Source of the DNA: an uncultured Gammaproteobacteria bacterium | GTDB lineage: Bacteria; Patescibacteriota; Patescibacteriia; UBA2196; CAYSSY01 | Direction of reading: 5' to 3' | Assembly (NCBI GenBank): GCA_964434055.1 | Contig: CAYSSY010000003.1 | Span: 10,372-74,371 of the forward strand | Length of the DNA stretch: 64,000 nucleotides | In this document: positions 8,721 through 15,935 of the stretch, piece after piece | Position numbering within the stretch: the stretch's first letter is position 1 | How the letters are laid out: each line of letters starts with the position of its first letter | Notes under the pieces: model-generated | Seen by the model: only the letters and a program-made list of their open reading frames with translations | Told to the model about the DNA's origin: nothing | Databases searched by the model: none | Translations under genes and position numbers: made by a program

Positions 8721-9596
8721 TTATTTGACTTGCATCAGCCAAATCGGAAAACACTGATCATTGCATCTAAAATAGCAATCAGCTAAAACTTTTTTATTCA
8801 GAATCTTAAAATATCTTTTTATTTGCTTTTCGACCTCAACTTCCCAAGAGACGCTCCAGGTTTTTTTCATCGGTTGCCACATCTGCCACATATCGTTAAG
8901 CAAAACGTTTAGTTTTTTATCGGGATGAACAAAATGATCTTTTCTAAAAAATTTGTTTAAACCTTTTATAATTAAAGACAAATCTATTAATTTCTTCCTG
9001 TAATTAAAAGTTAAGTTATGAAGATAAACTAAAAGTTCTATAGACATACAGGAACGATCGCGATAAAAGTCACTGGGGACGTCTTTAAATTTATTAAGAA
9101 CAATCTCATAATCTTCAAATGGAAAATCTTGTGGCACCACCTCAATCTTGCTGATAAAATAACCGCTGTTTTTTAATACACGGACAATCTCTTTTAAAAA
9201 TCTATCTTGCAAATTCCCAGGGACATTTGACAAAACAACATCTCCCATGGCTGCGTCAAAATAATGATCCTGAAAAGGCAAGTCGCACCAATTGCCGCGC
9301 ACCACGATCTCATTTGGATTCTTGTGCTTCATAATCGAAGTCATGGCGAGAATCATTTCCAAATTTAAATCAATAAAAGCAACTTCAAATTTTTCTTCAA
9401 AGGCTAAATCCCTAAGTTCTGGCGTGGAACCAAAAATTAAAACTCGCGGTTTTCTTTTTAAACCACGTTTAGCTGTTCTTAAGTGCCGGCGATATTCGGC
9501 AATGGCACTTTGAGAAGGCCGGCCCGGCGGCCGATAATATTTCTGCCACCTCTGAGCATAATCTTTCCATGGCTCGGCAAAAGTTTCTTTAGACAT
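8721..9596 (-). CDS. Paralog 7 of the same family; first gene of the apparent operon
   Basis: The protein begins MSKETFAEPWKDYAQRWQKYYRPPGRPS, followed by VLIFGSTPELRDLA, VAFIDLNLEM, FDAAMGDVVLSNV and LKNSGYFIS. The ORF-track start at 9632 is a TTG codon, whereas the ATG at 9596 gives an N-terminus that aligns with paralog 1. Confidence 0.55.
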   Translation of the reverse strand: MSKETFAEPWKDYAQRWQKYYRPPGRPSQSAIAEYRRHLRTAKRGLKRKPRVLIFGSTPELRDLAFEEKFEVAFIDLNLEMILAMTSIMKHKNPNEIVVRGNWCDLPFQDHYFDAAMGDVVLSNVPGNLQDRFLKEIVRVLKNSGYFISKIEVVPQDFPFEDYEIVLNKFKDVPSDFYRDRSCMSIELLVYLHNLTFNYRKKLIDLSLIIKGLNKFFRKDHFVHPDKKLNVLLNDMWQMWQPMKKTWSVSWEVEVEKQIKRYFKILNKKVLADCYFRCNDQCFPIWLMQVK

Positions 9597-9654
9597 ATAT
9601 ATAAATCTACCGCGAAATACCTTAAAAATCAATAATAAAAATTTATTTTGTCAT

Positions 9655-9745
9655 ACTGAGCCTGTCGAAGTATGAGCATGTCTGCCCACCGAATCGGATG
9701 GTCAAAGTATAAGTCTGTCACCCTTCGACAAGCTCAGGATAACAT
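9655..9745. repeat. Imperfect inverted repeat (~30-nt arms) upstream of the paralog array and downstream of the TPM-domain gene
   Basis: The arm GTCATACTGAGCCTGTCGAAGTATGAGCATGTCTG is mirrored by the reverse complement of GTCTGTCACCCTTCGACAAGCTCAGGAT, with the core CTGAGCCTGTCGAAG matching CTTCGACAAGCTCAG. Both arms are visible directly in the sequence. Confidence 0.5.
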
Positions 9746-9768
9746 TGATAAATATAGTAAATCAAAAA

Positions 9769-10653
9769 TTACCAACTGCCACTACTGCCGCCGCCACCAG
9801 ACATGCCACCGCCAAAACCACCAAAACCACCACCACCTGAGCCGCCGCCAAAATGCCCGCCACCAGCCCACCAGGGCACATGACCCTTGGCCTTGCCAGT
9901 TCGATATTGTTTAGAAACGACATAATCAAAAAGCAAACCAACTGGAATTAAAATCGCTATTGAAGTTAAACCAAAATACATAAAACCTTTAAACAAACCA
10001 AGAATCACACCAACTACGGCGCCGATGACTCCCCCGAGCCACCATGATTTACTACGCGCCAAAATAGCAGACAGCCACATAATTACCATCATGCCCAACC
10101 AGATTATACCTTCCCAAAAAGAGTCCGAATGTTTGTTACCGCTGCTTGACTGACTGGGGACTGCTTCACCTTGAGTCGCGGATATAATTTTATCAACTGC
10201 GCCGTCAATACCTTGATAAAAATTATCTGCCTGAAAAGCCGGTTTCATGATTTGATTAAAAATCCAACTGGCCTGAGCATCGGTCAAAGCGCCTTCTAAA
10301 CCATAGCCAACCTCAATTCTCATTTTCCGGTCATCTTTGGCAATTAAAATCATCACGCCATTATCGCTACCTTTCTTACCAACACCCCATTCTTGAAAAA
10401 GATTTTCTGCAAAATTCTCAATAGTATCGCCTTGCAAATCTTTGATAATAATGACGGTTATTTCATGACTTGATTGTTTTTCAAATTCACCGAGTTTGTT
10501 CTCTAATAATTGCTTCTGGTCAGTGCTTAAAACACCAGCATAATCATTAACAAAGCCGGTAGGCGTGCCGGGATTATAATATGCCCCAGCCGTGCTGCCT
10601 AAAAACAGCACGGCTGAAACAATAAGAACAATTTTTAACAAAAATAGTTTCAT
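9769..10653 (-). CDS. TPM-domain (TLP18.3/Psb32/MOLO-1 family) membrane protein with a Gly-rich C-terminal tail
   Basis: It has a signal peptide and then YVNDYAGVLS...EITVIIIKDLQGDTIENFAENLFQEWGVGKKGSDNGVMILI, the TPM phosphatase-fold signature. A TM segment and a poly-Gly tail follow. It is paired with lemA. Confidence 0.75.
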   Translation of the reverse strand: MKLFLLKIVLIVSAVLFLGSTAGAYYNPGTPTGFVNDYAGVLSTDQKQLLENKLGEFEKQSSHEITVIIIKDLQGDTIENFAENLFQEWGVGKKGSDNGVMILIAKDDRKMRIEVGYGLEGALTDAQASWIFNQIMKPAFQADNFYQGIDGAVDKIISATQGEAVPSQSSSGNKHSDSFWEGIIWLGMMVIMWLSAILARSKSWWLGGVIGAVVGVILGLFKGFMYFGLTSIAILIPVGLLFDYVVSKQYRTGKAKGHVPWWAGGGHFGGGSGGGGFGGFGGGMSGGGGSSGSW

Positions 10654-11217
10654 TTATTCAGTCTGAAGATCAACTTGTGGGGCATTTTCTGTGCCAGCTT
10701 GGGCCTCAAAATACACCTTAGTCCCATAACCTAATTGCTTGGCGATCAAGTTGGTGGGAAATCTTTTAATGGCCACATTAAAACTATTAACAACATCATT
10801 ATAGCGCTTACGTTCAACACTGATTCTATTTTCCGTACCTTCAAGCTGAGCCATCAGTGTTTGCACATTCTCCGCTGATTTTAACTGCGGATAATTTTCC
10901 ATGACAGCCAAGAGTCTCGCTAAGGAACCTTCAACAGCAGTAGCGGCTTCAGCTTTCGCATCAGCACTGGCGGCACCGGCATAACGCGTGCGGGCTTCTG
11001 CCAATTCGGTAAATATTTTTTGTTCCTGAGTCATGACGCCTTTTACTGATTCCACTAAATTAGGAATCAGATCAAAACGGCGCTGATATTGCGTTTCGAC
11101 TTGTGCCCACTGATTATTAACTGCTTCGTTGGCAGTCACCAGCCGATTATAGGTCAGCCAATAGTAGCCGCCGATAATCACCAAGATCGCCACCAAGATA
11201 ATTAGAGCTTTCTTCAT
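10654..11217 (-). CDS. lemA: LemA family protein
   Basis: An N-terminal TM helix is followed by YNRLV...QWAQVETQYQRRFDLIPNLVESVKG...EARTRYAGA, the LemA signature. The ORF abuts the TPM-domain gene, the classic LemA-TPM pair. Confidence 0.85.
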   Translation of the reverse strand: MKKALIILVAILVIIGGYYWLTYNRLVTANEAVNNQWAQVETQYQRRFDLIPNLVESVKGVMTQEQKIFTELAEARTRYAGAASADAKAEAATAVEGSLARLLAVMENYPQLKSAENVQTLMAQLEGTENRISVERKRYNDVVNSFNVAIKRFPTNLIAKQLGYGTKVYFEAQAGTENAPQVDLQTE

Positions 11218-11317
11218 AATTTTTTGGTTAATTAATTATTGATAATTTTTTACGACCTAAATTTTAGTTAATATTTTTTAGTCGCCGGTGTTGTTAGTCG
11301 TCTGTTGTCAATCATAT

Positions 11318-13138
11318 CTATACCTGTATCACCACTGGCAAAACCATAGGCCGCTTTTCAGTCTTGGAAAAAACAAACTGCCCGACATCGTTGCGTATTT
11401 TATTCTTAAGATAGTCATCTTGCAACGGCACATTTGGGTCAACAAGGTCGAAAATTTTGCGTACTTTCTTGCGCACTTGCTCAATTAGTTCTTTATTTTC
11501 TTTCAGATAGACAAAACCGCGAGAAATAATGTCTGGATTGTGAACGAGCTTATTATTTTTCTTACTAACAGTAGCAATCACTACAATCATACCATCCCCG
11601 GCTAAAATTTGCCGATCACGTAAAACGACATGCTGTAAATTAGTCACACCTAAACCATCAACAAAAACCGGATCAGTCACAACCTTTGTCTCCAGCACTC
11701 GACCGCCTCTTTTATTAAATTCTAAAACTGAACCATTATCTGGTACAAAGACATGCTTGTCGTCATAACCAATATCATAACCAATCTTGGCCACTTCTTT
11801 AAGCATAAAATGATTGGCATAAACCGGCACCAGATAATCTGGCTTAATTTGTTTAATAATTTCTCTGACATCACTGGCGGTTGCATGACCACCGGCATGC
11901 ACATCCATTATATCAGAATGAATAACGTTATCACTTTGGCGATAAATTAAATCTTTTAATTTTTGCACGGTTCGCTCGTTGCCGGGAATAACTGAAGAAG
12001 AAAAAATAACAGTATCACTCTTTTTGAATTTAATGTGCCGGTGTTCTCCATTTGCGATCCGAGCTAAAACTGCGTTTTCTTCACCTTGCGCCCCAGTACA
12101 CATGACAATAATCTTTTTATCCGGATAATCATTAACCTGATTAATTAAAATCAAATTTTTCAGGTCGAATTTGATATAACCAAGCTTTTTGGCTATTTCT
12201 ACATTGGTCTTCATACTGAAACCATCGACCGCTACTTTTTTTCCATGTTTTTCTGCTATTTCTAAGACCACCTTGATTCTTTCAACCATCGAAGAAAAAG
12301 TACCAATGACTACTCTCCCAGGAGAATTAGCAATAATGGTCTCTAGATTTTTGTACATTATCTTTTCAGAAACCGGCGGTTTCAGATAATTAACTCCCAA
12401 ACTTTCAAGCATTAAAATACTTGGTTTTCTTACTTTTGAAAGTTGACGATAATCCAGGGGACGACCAATCGGGTCATGTTCAATTTTCCAGTCACCTGGA
12501 TGAACAACTGAGGCTACTGGTGTTTCTAAAATGATACCCATGGCATCCATAATACTGTGCGAAACAGGAAAGGCTTGAAAAATAAACTTACCAAGGCTCA
12601 ATCTTTGGTTGTAGTCGTTGACGATCTTGGTTTTCAAATTTTTAGCCCCGCCTTTGTGATAATCCTCAACTCGAGCTTTAATCATATGAATCGTTAAATT
12701 GCTGCCGATCAAAATTGGATTACCCAACTTTTCAACAATAAACGGCACCGCACCAATATGATCTAAATGGCCATGAGTAAAAATTACAGCTCTAATTTTC
12801 TTTTCTTTACCCCTTAAATAATCGGTGTTAGGAATAACATAATCAATACCTGGCATATCCTCTTCAGGAAATTGCAGACCAATATCAATAACGACAATAT
12901 CATTACCATATTCAAAAACAGTCATATTACGACCAACTTCTTCACAACCACCTAAGGGAATTATCTTTAAAACTCCACCATCATAACGTTGCGTTGGTTG
13001 TCTATTTTCATTTGCTCTTGAATAGTAATTCTGATGTGATTGGTGTCTTTGTCGATCAGAAAAATTTCTCTTTAGTCTTTCAGATGAACTTCGTACTTGG
13101 GAATGTGTTTTTTGTTTTGTATTTCTTTGTGTAATCAT
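11318..13138 (-). CDS. rnj: ribonuclease J (metallo-beta-lactamase/beta-CASP) with a ~70-aa basic, Gln/Ser/Arg-rich N-terminal extension
   Basis: It carries the FTHGHLDHIGAVPF metal-binding motif, beta-CASP region motifs and an RNase J C-terminal domain. The N-terminus is low-complexity (RNTKQKTHSQVRSSSERLKRNFSDRQRHQSHQNYYSRANENRQ). Confidence 0.85.
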   Translation of the reverse strand: MITQRNTKQKTHSQVRSSSERLKRNFSDRQRHQSHQNYYSRANENRQPTQRYDGGVLKIIPLGGCEEVGRNMTVFEYGNDIVVIDIGLQFPEEDMPGIDYVIPNTDYLRGKEKKIRAVIFTHGHLDHIGAVPFIVEKLGNPILIGSNLTIHMIKARVEDYHKGGAKNLKTKIVNDYNQRLSLGKFIFQAFPVSHSIMDAMGIILETPVASVVHPGDWKIEHDPIGRPLDYRQLSKVRKPSILMLESLGVNYLKPPVSEKIMYKNLETIIANSPGRVVIGTFSSMVERIKVVLEIAEKHGKKVAVDGFSMKTNVEIAKKLGYIKFDLKNLILINQVNDYPDKKIIVMCTGAQGEENAVLARIANGEHRHIKFKKSDTVIFSSSVIPGNERTVQKLKDLIYRQSDNVIHSDIMDVHAGGHATASDVREIIKQIKPDYLVPVYANHFMLKEVAKIGYDIGYDDKHVFVPDNGSVLEFNKRGGRVLETKVVTDPVFVDGLGVTNLQHVVLRDRQILAGDGMIVVIATVSKKNNKLVHNPDIISRGFVYLKENKELIEQVRKKVRKIFDLVDPNVPLQDDYLKNKIRNDVGQFVFSKTEKRPMVLPVVIQV

Positions 13139-13437
13139 AAACTATTTGTTTGATATATAAACATATAAACATTAGGTGTTTACTTCTAAAAAAATAATAA
13201 ATATGTTTTTAGAATCTTAATTAATTATTAACTTTAAAGATTATCTTTAAAGTGAAGTGTGCGACCAAGTTTTTAAGCAAAATTAATCTGCCTCGACTTT
13301 TTTTTGGTCTATATTGAAAAATTTTAACTAATAAATACTAACTTCTGAGATTAAAAGCTAGCCGGCCATAATTTGCCTTGAGGGAGAGTCGAACTCCCGA
13401 AGGGTTGCCCCCGCTAGCTCCCTTGCCCATCATCAAA

Positions 13438-13521
13438 TGCCCTCGAGAGGATTCGAACCTCCAATTCTTTGCAGAAACTAGCTCCTGAAGCTAGCGCGTA
13501 TACCAATTCCGCCACGAGGGC
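13438..13521 (-). tRNA. tRNA-Leu (anticodon CAG), 84 nt, long variable arm
   Basis: On the minus strand the sequence reads GCCCTCGTGGCGGAATTGGTATACGCGCTAGCTTCAGGAGCTAGTTTCTGCAAAGAATTGGAGGTTCGAATCCTCTCGAGGGCA. The acceptor stem is GCCCTCG/CGAGGGC, the anticodon stem-loop is CTAGC-TTCAGGA-GCTAG with anticodon CAG, and the T-loop is TTCGAAT. CCA is not encoded. Confidence 0.8.
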
Positions 13522-13694
13522 AATTGGTGAGGGGTGAACTAGCGCGTATACCCGCCTGCCTTAACCTAATAATGAAAACATGATAAAGGTGTTCGAATAA
13601 CATCTAACCCTTTCACTTGAGTTATCAGACTAATAAGGCATCGGTGGGCAGACCAATTCCCTGCCTGTCGGCAGGCGACGCGAAATTACATAAA

Positions 13695-15536
13695 TTACCA
13701 AAGTTTTTTCCGTGTTTCAATATACCAATTACCAATATCATCAAAACGATCTTGGGGGGTCAAAATCCTAAACATGTTAATGCCTTTAACTTTTTCAGAA
13801 ACGACATAGGTATAAGTTGGGTTGTAGAGAAAGATGGCCGGAACCTCTGGAGCAATAATGTTTTGAAAATGAATATATTTATCATTCTTAACTGCTGTGT
13901 CAGATGTTTTTCTGGCTTCTTCTAAAACCTGATCAGCTTCTTTATTGGCATAAAGCGCTAGATTTAGACCAGGATCTTCAATTTGCGACGAATGCCAAAA
14001 TGGATAAGGATCGGGGTCCGCACCAACAATTTCCCCAAAAATCAAAGCTTGATAATTGCGCGGTTTGATAATATTTTTCTGAATTTGCGCTGGGTCTGAT
14101 TCTTCAAGGTTAACTTTAACACCAATACTCTGCCAATTTTTCTTTATGATTTCAGCAATACTTAAATTATTTTTGCGGTTAGCAACTGTCAGATTTACTA
14201 CTAATTCTATTTTATCTTTATTAGTTCTAATAGAAGCCCCCTCGGCTAATTTCCAACCCTCATTCTCTAACAACTCTTTAGCTTTATCAGGATTATATGA
14301 AAACTTTTCAATGCCTGGATGATAACCGGGATAACCGGGTAATAATGGACCATTGATTACTTTTGCTTCTCCTTTTAAGACATTGTTGACAATCGTCTCT
14401 TTATCAATAGCATAAGCCAAAGCCTGGCGCACATTTACGTTTCTTAAAATTTCATTTTGACGTTGATTTAAAAAAACGGCAGTATACTGAGGTAAAAATA
14501 GGGTGTAATATTTTAAATCTAAACGACTAATTAATTCTTTCCGATCATCTTGAGAAAGATAACTTAAACCGTCAATATTTTTGTTCTTTAAAGCAGTAAC
14601 GGCTGATATTGAATCCGGGTAAAACTTAAAAATTATTTTTTCTAAATTCGGTGAACCAAAATGATATTTTTTATTAGCAACAAGGGTATAAGATTTGATA
14701 TGACCTTTATCATCTTTAATTAACGATTCAAATAAGTAAGGACCAAGACCAACCGGCTTTAAATTTAAAGAGGCGAGCCTGGCATTGGTTGGCTCAATTT
14801 CCGACCAAAGATGTTCTGGTAAAATACCAATTGTTAAATTTTCAAGAAAAGGTGTAAAGGGCTCGTTTAATGTAAAGCGCACTTGATACTCATTTAGTTT
14901 CTCAACTTTTACCCCATTAAAAGCTGGACTGAGTGGACTGCTATAACTGCTATCCTGAACAGCGCTAGCAATTGTAAAAACTACATCGTCAGCATTAAAA
15001 TCCTCTCCGTCTGACCATTTAATGTCCCTCTTTAAATTAAAAGTATAATTTTTTTCATCAGCAGATTTTTCCCAATTCTCTGCCAAATCAGTAATCAGTT
15101 GCTGCTCACGATCAAATTTCAGTAATCCCGCATACATCAAGCGCGTTAAATCAAGATCAACTTGGTTCAAACTAGCATATAACGGATTAATAAGAGAAGG
15201 GCTACCAACAACACCTTCACTATATGTCCCACCAAAATCTGGTGCACGACCAATATCGCTTGTCCACCAGGTAAAAATCAAAAAAACTAATGAAATAGTA
15301 AATAATAAAAAAGACAGTCTCACCACTAACCATTGGCCACGAGTTAAAATTTTAGGAAGATATTTGAATTGTTTTAATTTTGGTCTTTGATTGTTACTAA
15401 TTGTTTTAACCAAATCTTCATCAAATTTATTTTGTTTGCGAAAATGACTTTGCAGTCGCGAGATCTTAGTAACAAATCTCAATTTTCTAAAAAAACCCAT
15501 CAGATGTCTACCTGAAGATTGAAAAAAAAATTTCAT
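13695..15536 (-). CDS. ABC transporter substrate-binding protein, family 5 (oligopeptide/dipeptide/nickel type), membrane-anchored
   Basis: It has an N-terminal TM anchor and then a region typical of SBP_bac_5 (OppA/DppA-like), with LMYAGLLKFD, NYTFNLKRDIKWSDGE and periplasmic binding fold motifs. The true start may be an internal Met. Confidence 0.7.
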   Translation of the reverse strand: MKFFFQSSGRHLMGFFRKLRFVTKISRLQSHFRKQNKFDEDLVKTISNNQRPKLKQFKYLPKILTRGQWLVVRLSFLLFTISLVFLIFTWWTSDIGRAPDFGGTYSEGVVGSPSLINPLYASLNQVDLDLTRLMYAGLLKFDREQQLITDLAENWEKSADEKNYTFNLKRDIKWSDGEDFNADDVVFTIASAVQDSSYSSPLSPAFNGVKVEKLNEYQVRFTLNEPFTPFLENLTIGILPEHLWSEIEPTNARLASLNLKPVGLGPYLFESLIKDDKGHIKSYTLVANKKYHFGSPNLEKIIFKFYPDSISAVTALKNKNIDGLSYLSQDDRKELISRLDLKYYTLFLPQYTAVFLNQRQNEILRNVNVRQALAYAIDKETIVNNVLKGEAKVINGPLLPGYPGYHPGIEKFSYNPDKAKELLENEGWKLAEGASIRTNKDKIELVVNLTVANRKNNLSIAEIIKKNWQSIGVKVNLEESDPAQIQKNIIKPRNYQALIFGEIVGADPDPYPFWHSSQIEDPGLNLALYANKEADQVLEEARKTSDTAVKNDKYIHFQNIIAPEVPAIFLYNPTYTYVVSEKVKGINMFRILTPQDRFDDIGNWYIETRKKLW

Positions 15537-15632
15537 AATAAATAAATGGATTTATCCAAATCTGATAAAAATTTAACTGCTGGTTCTAAATTATAAACCA
15601 GTCATCTAAAAACTAAGCTCTTAAAAAAGCAT

Positions 15633-15887
15633 TTAGGAGGAAATAATAAGGCGAACAATGCCTAAAGCAAATAGAAGAATAGCTAAAATAATAGTCAAAA
15701 CAAAAATTACTTTTTCCGCGCCTCGCTTGGTCAAATAAGCAGTGTTCTCACCACCAAAAGCAGCACCTAATCCAGAACCTCGCTGTTGCAGCAGAATACC
15801 AATCATTAACATAAAAGCAATAACAATTTGAATTATTTTTAAAATCTCAATCATATTTTTTAGTCTAAATTTATTTAAGCATAACAA
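15633..15887 (-). CDS. secG: preprotein translocase subunit SecG
   Basis: It is 84 aa with two TM helices. The sequence LQQRGSGLGAAFGG is the SecG signature. Confidence 0.8.
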   Translation of the reverse strand: MLCLNKFRLKNMIEILKIIQIVIAFMLMIGILLQQRGSGLGAAFGGENTAYLTKRGAEKVIFVLTIILAILLFALGIVRLIISS

Positions 15888-15935
15888 ATAATCGATTTAG
15901 TGTCAAGATTAAGCATAAAATCAAAAAAATACTTA

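Noticed and set aside
9292-9513. 73-aa plus-strand ORF
   Set aside because: It lies entirely inside and antisense to paralog 7. It is a typical spurious ORF in an AT-rich genome.
9672-9914. 80-aa plus-strand ORF rich in His, Arg and Gln
   Set aside because: It is antisense to the Gly-rich tail of the TPM-domain gene, where GGT/GGC codons read as His/Pro/Thr on the opposite strand, and it starts inside the intergenic inverted repeat. It has no independent coding support.
13376-13437. Possible second complete tRNA adjacent to tRNA-Leu
   Set aside because: Only a T-arm and 3' acceptor strand can be folded. There is no complementary 5' acceptor strand, D-arm or anticodon arm within the available 62 nt. 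I treat it as a tRNA remnant in the findings, not as a gene.
13617-13925. 102-aa plus-strand ORF
   Set aside because: It is antisense to and overlaps the 3' end of the substrate-binding protein gene. It has no motif support.
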